The notes below the pieces were generated by a model. The model did no database searches, had not been told where the DNA came from, and worked only from the letters and a program-made list of their open reading frames with translations. Shown here piece after piece: positions 48,703 to 61,300 of a stretch of DNA of 64,000 nt (position 1 is the stretch's first letter; the number at the start of each line of letters is the position of its first letter). The DNA is from Trichinella spiralis (lineage: Eukaryota): contig NW_003526943.1 in NCBI RefSeq assembly GCF_000181795.1, positions 5,821,806 to 5,885,805 of the forward strand, read 5' to 3'. The translations under genes were made by a program, and so were the position numbers.

Positions 48703-51700
48703 TCACGAAGAATCACGCTTTTGTAATTCTTTGCATCTGCTGTTTGTTTGTAATGTTTGATAAATTTCCACCGCTGATCTGTAAAAGATATCCCTTTTTT
48801 ATTTTCAAATTTCAACTGTATATATATCGAACAAAGAAAGTAATCATACTTCTGTAGCAAGTCGGCGTTCAGTGCTCCTCTACCTGTAGTAGGAAAGTTG
48901 TTCAAAATGTGCATTGTTAAATGTCGTACTAATGCAGATGGATGATTCTGAAATGTTGACTGTGTTGTAATAAAAAATGTTTTCACGTTTCATTAAAAAA
49001 AATACTTTCAACTGTTGTAATTCGTCGAGTTTGCAAGCAATCGCTCCGCAGTGTTCCAAATCATCGACATTTGAAAAGTAGGGCTTTGCAAGCTGCTCTT
49101 CAGTGTCAAGCAGACATTCAAGATTTGGGTGAGACTGGAAAACAAAAGCCCATGTATGTATGTATATATGTATATATATTTTGCACGTTTGTTTGAAAAT
49201 CATGCTACAAAAAAATTAAGCCAATGAACAATGCTCACCATGAAATAGCTACGAATTGCCAGAAGACTTGCAATAAGTTCTGGCTCATTCATTTGATGAA
49301 ACGCCGATGCCATACGTTTGATATAAGCTGCCACGCGATTTTTAGAAATCTAACAAAATCAATTAATACACACATACACACACACACGATGATGAGGAAT
49401 AATCAGTTGATACTTTAAGCTCAAAAAGAAAAAGAGACAATCCTGCTGCATACCTCTTTACGACGTTTATTGATGATGACATCCGAACATTTCAGATATA
49501 ATTCAAACTGGCGGATAAACAACGCTGCAAACAACAAAGTAGAAGACATTAAATTCACGTAAGTCGAAGAACAAGAAAATTATTATATTCAATTTGTTTA
49601 TCGAAATAATTCATCAGACATTAAAATTTTCAATTTTTTTAAAAAATAGCATTTTATCAAAAATTTCTCCTCATCATAATGGATATTTTATTGATTCATG
49701 ATATTGATCAGTTGAGCATTCTTTGCATAATTTTTATACACCAAATGCATAAATAAATGAAGTGAAAAAATATTGCGCTTTTTCTCAAACGATATTTTAA
49801 AAATGTTACATTTTTTACACATGTTGAATAAAAAAAACATGAATTACAATTAAGCAAAAGTGAATGCATACCTCTTTGTTTTACGTTCATAATTTTTCGA
49901 AATAGCATATAGAGACAATTCTGGAAATAATAAGGATCCACATTCAAAGCTTGTCCTTCGTTAGACAGCAGTTGATAAACTGAATATATGCAATGCAATG
50001 CATCGATCACTCGAAGATTCTATTAAAAAAAACAAATCAAAAACGAACGATCACTACAAAATATTAAAAAATTATCTCATTTTTTAGGAACTAAAAATAA
50101 TAGTTAGCAATACAAAAAAATATTTTTTAAAAATGCAAATGAAAGCAAACCCCATTTTTCAAAATGGACTGCAAAGTAGAGAATAAACCATCGAAAAAGT
50201 CGACGTTGATCAAATGACCAAATTTTGATAGACCTTCAAGAACTGGCGATAAAACAACTGCTTCCGGATTCTTGCGTAAAATTCGAAAATAAATATTGAA
50301 TAAATGTTCCATGATTTTCGTATGCTAAATAGTAATGATGATAAAATCAAGTTTAAAAAAATGTTCAACAGAACAATATAATTTTTACATATTTCAGTAT
50401 GGCATTTTCTGTTTCGGATACGTCGATTTCCTTCAGTTCCATTTCCAATCGTCGAACACTACCATAATATTTACGCTGCTGACGACTCAGAGTTTTACTC
50501 GGAATTTTTTTTCTCGATGGACCATCTTCATCCGAATTTTCCCGTCTCACTTCCTAATTTTATTACAAAAATAAAACTGCCTTCAAATAATTCATTTAAT
50601 TTAAATCAATTTTTTGATACTTTAATTTTCAACTCAAGCAAAGCACGCAGCATTTCGGGTTTAGCGAGGTGGGGCTTTTTTCTGAGGAATTGATTCATTG
50701 CACGAACTGCATCCAACGAAACTGCCCCTCTACTATCGTCGATAAACAACTGTTTGAACGTACCACAAACTAAATCTCTAATCTGCAAAATACAAAATTA
50801 TATTCATTTTACGGTAATACAAATTTATTCATAACAACAATAATCATTCTTTATAAATGAATAATAAAACAAATTCTAATAAATACGATATGAAATTCTA
50901 ATAAAATAACAAAAAAAACACTAAAACATAAAAAAAGAAATTCTTACAACTTCATCTTTGCTGCACATAAATGGAACCAATACAAAAATGATGTTGTTCC
51001 TGTAATTGAAATGTGGATGCTTTAACAACAATTCGGAATAAAGCTTGAGGGAAAAAATTCCAAGTCGATATAAAACTGCAGAATCTGAGCCGTGTTTTAT
51101 TTCTAAAGAAATTGAAAATAAAATTACCTTTTCAATTAATTAAGAGTATAAACAAATAAATATGTTTTATGAAAAGATAAGAAAATAATATTAGCAGAGA
51201 TGAATAAATTTTTACTTGCGGCTAATTTTTCCAATAGTTGAAGATATTTCACATACAATTTCAGCAATATCTGTTCAAAGTTCCAAAGTTGTTTTGTCTC
51301 TTTCTTCATCTAAAAATTACCAAATAATTTTCATACAACTTTCACCAAAATTTGCCGTTATCAATTGTGCTATACCTTCTGACGCAGCTCTTTTTCCGTC
51401 GGCGATCTTATAGTATAGCCTGGAATGATGTCCAAAAACACTTGCAACAAAGAGGCCATCGCCAGTTTGCCAGTCGTGGCGAAATAAAGTGGATACGTTC
51501 GACCGGAAGCGATTTTCATTATTTCATTCAGTTGAGAGATCTGAAAATTTAATTTTTTTTCCTTTAAACTAAATTAATCGCTTACTTAAAACAAAGTCAC
51601 AAACATGCTGCTGAGGATTTTCAAGTACACGAGGGCAAATTGATGCAATTTTCATTTTGCATTCTTCCAACGCACGGCGCCTGTTCTGTCGAACACGAGC

Positions 51701-52324
51701 CAAACAAATCAACGGATCTTCGGCAATTGTCCGCTCGGTGGACGAATATCCCCCCACCTCAGCATCATCATCACCTGGATCATCGGGATCAACTTCCATT
51801 TCATCATCCTCACCTGATGATCCACTATTTTCCGTCTCGTCCATCGCGGCCACTTTGATCACCTTCCCAGACAATGTTTTCACAGGAAGCAGAGGTTTCA
51901 ATTTTGAATCATCATCCTCATACCTTGACCAAGGAATATGATCAATAGACAACTGATCGTCGTCATCTTCGTCGTCTGTAGTAGTAGTAGTGCTATTGGC
52001 GGTGGTTTCCTGTTCTTCATACTTTGGAATTTTGCTGTTGGCCAATTCTGGATCTATCATATCAAAGGGTAAAATGTCGTCTTCTTCTTCTGAATCTTCA
52101 TTTCTCGCTTGGCGCAGCTCGTTGGTCAACGCTATCCACTGTTGCAGACGTTCCCCATCGGCCACTTGACGGTGAACCGTTCGTCGCAAAAGTTTGTCCC
52201 GCTTGCGTAATTTTTTATCTTTAGCCAACTTTTTCAAATGACGACTTTCAACTTGCAGTTTCAACGAACTCAAACACTTCTTCCTGCTTTTCTTATTATT
52301 ACTTTTCTTACCACGTCTGGCCAT
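48703..52324 (-). CDS. NOC3L: Nucleolar complex protein 3 homolog
   Basis: Basic/acidic N-terminus, LLPVKT, KMKIASIC..VLENP, KHPHFNYRNNI, FIDDSRGAVSLDAVR, VLEGLSKFGHLINVDFFDGL and GQALNVDP..F motifs across many in-frame exons. Confidence 0.92.
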
Positions 52325-52549
52325 GATAAGTGATCTCAACTGAATCAACACTATGATAATAAACAAGTAATATATTTGATACACAAAAACGACAAGTCAA
52401 CATAAAGTAATCATCAACCAAAGCGACAGTACGCTTTTCACGATCGAACAACAAATATAGAAATGATTTAATCAAAAAAAACAAACAAACAAATCAATAA
52501 GTAGAAATATCAATTCATCTTTCTACCATGTTGTGAAATGATATCAATA

Positions 52550-53392
52550 TTAAATTCTTATACTTGACTCGTTGCACGTAGGCAAGTTGACAAGCTTCAC
52601 GTGCTGTTCAGCTTTGCACATTAACAAAAGTTGACAGATGATTGTGATTATGATGTTTGAAAACAAAAAGAAGTGAAAAGACCAACCTATTCTAAAATTC
52701 ACATGAAATGCAAAAAATAAAATATTTCAAATTTTCTCAATTACACCTACCTGAGCATTATTATATGACGACCAGCTACCTGCAACGCATTATCGCACAG
52801 CATCAAATTCTTCTGCACGTGGATACAGTAAGTTATTATGGTTAAGCAAGTACTCAAAGCTGAAAGTAATCAAATCAATCGGAACAATGATAATCTATCT
52901 ATTTTGTAAAAATCGTCAAACAGCCGCTTACATGTTAACGCAGTGAGCACATGGAGTATCCAAAGCAAACCCAAATTGGATGGTGAAAAGAACAAAAATA
53001 AACAAAAACAGGCAGCTGTAAAGCTAAACAGAGCGGCGAACCCTGCCCAAATTGAAGGCAAAATCCATATCAGTCTGCACTTTGGTGAACAGCGTAGAAA
53101 ACAATCCCGATAAGCTAAAATCAAACACGCATGCAATGCTTTGCAAATATTGGATGAAACACAATTTACTATTATACTGCACTGAAGTCGAATTGAGAAC
53201 ACTTTTGCTGGAAAAAATCAAACCCAAACTGGCGGTTTCATTGGCCGAATTATTATTGAAATAAACAAAAATATTGTCGAGAGTGAATGGATAAATTATG
53301 CAACCACAACACGTGAAAAAAAGGACGGAAACGAAAAGAAGAAAATTGAACTTTCCGTTCTTCGACTTTTCAATGGCACTGTTCGAGACCAT
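52550..53392 (-). CDS. Claudin/PMP22-like tetraspan membrane protein, 218 aa, 4 exons
   Basis: Exons 53392-53170, 53114-52932, 52859-52751 and 52691-52550 join in frame (657 nt). Four hydrophobic segments, N-glycosylation sequons in loop 1, IGWSF before TM4, C-terminus SIRI. Confidence 0.7.
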
Positions 53393-55346
53393 TTTGCATT
53401 CGACTATTTTCAAAACAAAAAATTTACTGCTGATACTCCATTCACATATTCTATTCTAAAATTAAATGAAACAATTGCAAAAAAAAAGAACAAATAAAAT
53501 TAATTGAAGAACTTAAATGAAATTCAAATGAAATGAACAGCAATAATCAAGCCAATTTAATAATTTTTTTCATTAAAACATAGATAACATAACTGAAAAA
53601 CTGTTCTCTGGAAATATTAGCGTTACAAAATGGTCAACAACTGGCAATATAAATAAAAAGCAAAACCGATAACATAAAATACGACATACAAATTTCACAC
53701 TTAACAAAATACCAGATATTAAACATGCAGTATATGGTACTTAAATTATACCTAATTACAATATTACAATATATATGTTCATTTAAAAATGTGTAGTGCA
53801 GAAAATTTTAGAATAAATCCTTTAATAAAAAGACAATGCAATTTAGAATATGATAGGGTTACAACTTCGTATAGAGGAATATATTCACAACGTCTAACTA
53901 ACTTTTTGATGTAAAATATTCGAAAATAAATTTTACCGAATTCGTTGTCAATCTGCAAAACTTTATACTAAAAATAAATGATAAAATTAATAAATACAGT
54001 AATGCTAATTTTCAAGAAGTGTTTTGCATGTCATACTGTATTTTGATCATTGGAATTTTATTAAACGATTATATGAAATAATTTAGTTGAATTAGTCATC
54101 CAATTGCTTATTCATGCAAATTTATACTTTCGTGGTTGCTGAAACAGCGAATTTTTGCTCCTATTTTTACCGTATTAAATTCAAATGTTAGTGCAGGAAT
54201 TTTTTTAAAGTTTCAAGTAGAACTGACTTGAACTGGTTTCTATTTAAAAAAATTATCAGAAACTGAATAATAACAACGAGCACTGAATGAACAATAAAGT
54301 GTACTGAATAAACATTGGAAAAGTTGGATATCTTGCAAAAGAATGCAAAATATAGTTGCGTTTTCAACGATTATGTTTGGAAAAGATTTGTTTCAAAGCA
54401 GTGATTATCAAATTTTAGTTCAGCTGAAGTTAAAAAAAACGTAATCTCTATTTACGGTGATACAAAAATTCATTTAAAAAATGCATTTTGTGGCAACAAT
54501 GTTGCAAATGTTCATAGTAAATTTATAAAGTATTCAACATCATATATTTATAAAGACAGCTTACAAATATGTTGAAATTTTAAAAATCACCGAACAAATC
54601 GATGTGAAATTTTAAAACATGCAGAGTATTAAATATGATGGTAGTAAGAAGTATTTGATGGTAAAATACTTCCAGTAATGCTTATGACTGTGTTTTTTAT
54701 TTTCATTGGAAGATTACTTAAAAATGATTAATTATAAAGTTAATAAAGATTTAAAATTAATTAAGCTAACTAATTATTTTTTAAAGCGAAGAAATTCATA
54801 TTTTTATATTTGTAAGATTGGTGAACATGTGCATATATCGAATGGCTTAGAATAGCTAATAATTTAAAATAATTGAAATTTAAAGCATTGCGTATTTTTT
54901 TATAGATTATTTTCAATTAGATTAAGCGTCAACAAAAGTGATGAAAATATTAATACTTTTATATACTGTAGTTTTTGGTAAGTTGGCAACTTCCATTCAT
55001 TTTTCATTTGCGAGTCGATTAAATTGCATGATTGAATTTATGTAGTTGAAATATTACTTTGTTTAATTTAAATAATTTAAAAAATCTTTTAAAAAGTAGT
55101 ATCTACTTTGAATAGCATCATTTCTCTCTTTAATTATTATTACGTTCAAGTTATAACGGTTTTTACATCGTGCAGTTTATGTAATTCATGTTCACTTTCT
55201 TATTAAAATTATAATAGCTGAAAAGTTTAGATTTTATGTTTTACAAAGAGGTTAAGGTGAAGCTTTTATTATGATCAGTGGAGACTTTGTCAAATGTTGT
55301 AGCAGTTATACTTCATGCAGTTAGTTAATAATGAAATTATAGGAAA

Positions 55347-58300
55347 ATGGAGAAAATGGAATCTGGTCAACAACAAGCGGAAGTTGATGCTGATGAAAAA
55401 CTGAATCAATATGTGGAAAATTGTGTTGAAGATGTTGCGAACCTCGAGAGTCAGATGTCATGCATGAAAGAATTGATTCCAGTTGTACAGGATGCTAGAT
55501 TGTAATCATTGTAATTAACTGTAGCTGTGAGCTAATTATAAGCTTATTGCTCTTTTTAAGCTTTGCCCGAAGATTGATAGAGAAGATTTCTGGCAAAGAA
55601 TTCCGTAAAGTAAGTTGAAAATAAATATAATTTTATTTAGATGTGAAATTTTTCATCAAATGAAATGAACTCAATTAGAATTGTTGACTTTAACATTTTT
55701 AAAAATATTTTCTAATCGTGAAAATTTTGGCGCTTCAGTATTAATTAAATAATAAATAAATACTATTTTTAATGGTTTAGTAATAGTTTTATTGGCTTAT
55801 AGGCTGGCTCTTTCAATAGCTGCTAATGTGGTTATTAATTTGTTGTTTTACAGTTGGCATAGCATATCTCTTAGCATGAATAGTATAACTTTTTGGTTTT
55901 TTCAAAATCTTTCAGTTTGAAAAGAGAAGAATTAAATGAATCCTATGTTAAGTTATCAGAGTGCGGTTTCTGTGATAAATTATAATATAACTTTTTTTCA
56001 AAATGAAGTATCTTTCTGTTATTTGCATATTTTCAACGGGTAAAATTTGGTGTAAAGGTTTCAAAGTACTATTCTTATTTTAGCCAGAAATGGAAAGTGA
56101 AATTGTGGAATTGATTTGGTTGCTTTTCAATTACGACACAGAATACTGTGTGCATAAATTTGACCGGTTCAATTTGGTGAAATTTTTGCCAAAACATAAA
56201 GACCTTGTCATTCAGTTGTAATTCACTGTTGTAACGAATTTCCGTTTTGAATCTTCATGAGTTTTCATTTAAGCTTTGCCATCGCAGCCCTGAGAATTGC
56301 AGGTATATTTGACCAATTTTCAGAAGATCTGTACACTGACTTTCGTTGGTCAGACGTTGATCTTAGGTATCCACTATTTAGTTGAATGATAATTTTTATT
56401 ATGCATAAACTTATATATACATTTTAGAATTATCCAGTATTATTTCAAGGGGTCACGCCTGTCTGAAACATTGAAGTTTTTAACTCGCCAACCGACTTCA
56501 GCGATTAAGCAGTTTCTGAATGAATCACCATTGAAGAAATTGCGAGGTGTTGAATGTAAATGCGGCGTGGAATCTCGGAATTTGGACATTTTCAATAATG
56601 AACAATACTACATGCAAATGGCACATGCTATATACGAGGAGAAAGTGCTTGTCGTTTACGGTCCAGGGGGGTGTGGAAAAAGCTGGCTACTCCGTTCCTT
56701 TGCTCACAGTGTTAAGCGATGCCGAGATTTAGTTGTTTTACAGCTAAGCGAACATATGGATGTGAAGGTCTGTCTAGTGTCAAGTTTTCTTTTAAAATAT
56801 GTTTTTTTTAAATTATTTTTGTTTACATGCTGTAAACATATTTAGGCTTGTTTCGGTGGTTACGTATGCACTGAAGTGCCGGGTGAGTTCTGTTGGCAGT
56901 TGGGAGCGATTGGTGAAGTGAGTGTGCTTTTGTCATTTTCTTTTCCCAAACGCATGTTACAATTGTGTGCATATTTTAAGGCTGCCAAAATGGGAAAGTG
57001 GTTACTTTTAGAAGATGTAGATTGTTCCCCGGTAGAACTATTGCATCAGTTAGGAGCGATGATTGAAAATCGCCAGCTATTGGTGGATAATTTAAATGGA
57101 AAATTTGAATTGCACAGCAATTTCAGACTCATTTTCACGTCAAGGTAATGAAAAACAAAAGAAAATTAATAAGTATAAAAATTAATTGTTTGTTTATTTG
57201 TTTATTTTGCTATAGTGCCGATTATGAAAATTTGCAAAGTAAAATTGGCGTTTTACACAAATATTGTCATTTTTTGGAAATGAAGCAGGTTAATTTTGCT
57301 GAACTTGCGAGTGTAAGTTCTGAAAAAGTAGTTTTGTAATTTTTTTACATTATTATTATTTTTTTAGGCTTTTTTTGAAGACAAAACGAAAAATGAAATG
57401 ATGAATCTTATTTTTTCAAATTTGTTGACACTACCTCTGGATGCTAAAGTATCTCCAGTTACACTGAGGTAATGTGACAAGAGAATTGAGATATTCAAAT
57501 TTGCAGTCAAGAATTAATGGATTTTCTACGTTTAAAGAAGTTTGTTGAAAATGCGCAGAAGATTGGAAAGCAACGCCGTCGATGCACTCACCGAGGCAAA
57601 ATTGAAAGACTGCTTCTTGGATTTGGACGATTGCTTTTTGGCATCTATTCAGTCGAAAGCCGTTCGCAGCAGTGTCAGAAGTGAACTGGCTGAAAAATTT
57701 GGCCAAAATGTAAGCTTCTGTTGAACAGCAGTGATGTGAATGAAATGTGTTTGTAAAAAAATTTAAAATGTTTAAGATTATGAAGTACGAAAAAACACGC
57801 CGTCCATTGGTGCAGTTGAAATCTGACGGCATAAATATTGGCCGAGTTTATTTGAAAAAGCACACTGAACATATGAAATGGTGATGAATTGTTTGCATTA
57901 TTGAAATTTAATTGAAAAAAATTAATTATTTAAGGAAGTATGAATTTTTTTACACAAGTCAAGCTTGCAGTTTGTTGGAAAAGTTAGCCAGGGCTGTGTC
58001 GTTGAGCGAACCATTTTTGCTTGTTGGTGAAACTGGCTGTGGCAAAACTGCAGCCGTTCAATTTCTCGCCGAACGATTAGGTATATTTATTTATTGCTTT
58101 ATGTTAATGTTGTCATTATTAATATTTTTGCATCACGCTATGTTTAAGGTGTTGAACTTACAATAATTAACATGGGTCAGCAGTCGGAAATTACCGATTT
58201 AATAGGCGGGTAAGCAAGCGTTTTTCTGTTGTTTTCAATGTGATTGTTGACTGCGTGTTCTGGTGAATAAAATTACTATTGTTTTCTTCAGGTTTCGTCC

Positions 58301-61300
58301 ATGCGGCCCAGAATTTTTCTTTAATGATTTGTTGAAACGATTTAACAGCGTGAAACTACTGCCCAACATAGGAAGGGAACGTCTGGCAGAATCTATAAAT
58401 GTTAATTTACTATTTCCCTGAAATATTAATATTCCGAGCTGAGAATATGTTATTTTTTTCAGCAAGATTTTCAGAAAAAGGAATGGAAAAATGTCGTATG
58501 TAAAATGGAATGGGCCGTTCGGTTTACCGTCGAGAAATGCCAACCCAACGACCCGTCTCTTCGCGATTTTTTGGATTATTTGCAAAAATTGGTCAAGAGT
58601 GCGGGCAAAATGAAGCACATTGCACCGTTTCGATACGTTAAGGCAAGCAAATTTGTCCACCACTTCGCTCTTGTTGTGGAACTGGGCAGTAAACAAATAA
58701 ACAAGCAAACAAAAAAAATTGTATTTTCAAAATTCAGGGTGCTTTGGCGAAGGCGGTGGAACTGGGCAAATGGCTGCTGATCGACGAGATCAACATGGCC
58801 TCACCCGAACTTTTGAACGCGTTGCACTTTTTGTTGGATTGTCGAGCTGGCGATCAAGTGTTGCTTGATCCGAGTCAGAAGGAAATGATCACCGTGCATG
58901 AAAATTTTCGACTTATTGCCTGCATGAATCCGGCGACGGATGTTGGCAAGCGGGAGCTTAATCCAGGCTTGCGCAGTAGGTGCGTTGTAGTGGAAGCGTT
59001 CGATTTATTTATTCTATTCTGTTATATCGAGTGTTCGTTTGTTCCATTTTTAATTTTTGCAGTTGTGACCAAATATGAATAAAATAATTGCCCGTGATTA
59101 TTAATTTTAGATTTACCGAGGTGTTCGTCGACGAGTTGGACAGTTTGGAAGACCTGCGTATGCTGACGAAAGCATATTTGGACAGAAATAAGCACTGGTC
59201 CATCACTGTTAACGTTATCGAATCTTTGGTGAAGTTTTTTGTTCAAATTAAATCAGTCAGCAGTGGTCTTTCTTCCGGTTTTCAATCTGCTAGTCCATGC
59301 TACACGTGAGCATTTCATTTTAATATACGATATAACTTGATTTGATTTTTTTCTTTCAGTTTGAGAACTTACTGTAGAGCGTTAATGGATGCGAGTGAAA
59401 ATCGCTTTCATTACACTTGGCGCTCTTTATACGAGGTGGGTAGTTTTTATTTATTTTTATTAATTCATATTTTTTGAGTTTTTTGTTATATTTTTAGGCA
59501 TTTTGTTTGAGTTTCTTGACAGAATTGGACGCGAGTTCATATGAAACAGTGAAGAAAATGATATTTGAATATACCGTTCGTAAATGCAGTTCAATACCTG
59601 ATTTGAAATCGTTGCTGTCCAGATGTAGCGTAATTAGTGATTCACGTTGCGTGTAATGTTGAATATATTGTTTTCCTTTACAAAATTATTTATTCACAAT
59701 GATGTCGATTGTGTAAATTGCAGTGCGATTTGTGGCTATCAACTTGTTCGTGGCAGTGCAGAAGTGAACGTTGATTCGTCTTATGTACTGACGGATACGG
59801 TAAAGAGAAACTTGGAAGATTTGTGTCGTGTAGTCAGTTCTAGGTATTGTGCTTTCAAGCTGTTTCATTTATATATGTATATATTTTTCGTATTATTTTA
59901 GGAAGTATCCTGTTTTATTGCAAGGCGAAACTTCGGTTGGTAAGACGAGTTTAATCAGCTATTTGGCAAATTGCACTGGAAATGTATGCATGCGCATTAA
60001 CAATCACCAAAATACGGATATCCAAGATTACGTGGGCAGTTATGTAAATAATGCATCTGGACAACTGGTGTTCGTCGAAGGTTATTATTTTTGATGGAAA
60101 TAAGAGAGAGAGAGTAAAATATATATGAAATTATTTTTCAGGACCTTTGGTCAAAGCGATGCGAAATGGACATTGGATAATTTTAGATGAACTAAATTTG
60201 GCTGATTCGGATGTATTGGAATCTTTGAATCGGGTAGGTTGAATTTTGTCATTTTCTTTTGTCTTTTTTTGTTTTAATTTTTTAATTGTTAATATAATTC
60301 AGGTTTTGGACGACAATCGCGAATTGTTCATCATGGAAACGCAGGAAGTTGTTAAAGCGCATCCCAACTTTCAGATCTTTGCCACGCAAAATCCCCCTGG
60401 CTTGTACGGAGGAAGGAAAAGTTTGTCCAGGGCATTTCGTAATCGATTTGTTCAAATGAATTTCGGTGAACTGCCCTATAATGAAATTGAAACAATATTG
60501 CAAATGCGATGTGGTTTGCCGTTGTCTTACGCGAGCAAAATGGTGGCAGTGATGAGAGAGTTGCAAGTACGTACAAAATTGTTAATATTCAAATTGAGTT
60601 GCGTTTTATTTACAATTTAAAAAAGAATAAAATTACATATGAATTGTTATTTGGTGATTAATAATAATTTTTGTCTTTATTTTTCACTTCAAGGCTAATC
60701 GATCAAGTTGCAGCATGTTCGCAGGACGAGAAGGATATATAACTTTGCGTGATCTGTTTCGGTGGGGTGATCGGTTTAAAAATGTTTCAGCACAACAAAA
60801 CGACTATATTCAGTATCTTGCCGAACAAGGTATACACCAACCAATCCATATCTGTTGAATTGATCATGTCGATTAAGATAAAAATTTATTCAGTTAATTC
60901 GGAGGAATTATTTATATGTAATTTTGTTTTTATATTTTTATTTTGAAATTTTTTCAAGGCTATTTTATTCTTGCTGGTCGTTGTCGACGATCTGAAGATG
61001 AAAAAGTGGTGATAGAAAATTTGGAGACTTGTTTCAAGGTGAAAATTGATTCGGATAAATTGTTTCACATCGACTCGCCATATTTCCCTCTCGGTCTGCT
61101 CGACATTCGCAACAGTATGCACAGTCGATTATTTATTTATTTGCTGCATCATCGGATGTTCGTGGTGAATTTGTATTTTTAAATTTAAAATTAAATTTCA
61201 GATGTGGAAGAATTCAAGCACATCTGTTGGACGAAATCGATTGTCCGATCAGCTGTACTGTTAGGTCAAGCTTTGCAATTCAACGAGCCCACTCTTCTTG

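Noticed and set aside
49615..49680. C/D-box snoRNA-like ATGATGA...CTGA on the minus strand in a NOC3 intron
   Set aside because: Weak terminal stem and an almost pure A/T interior with no plausible guide. Likely chance.
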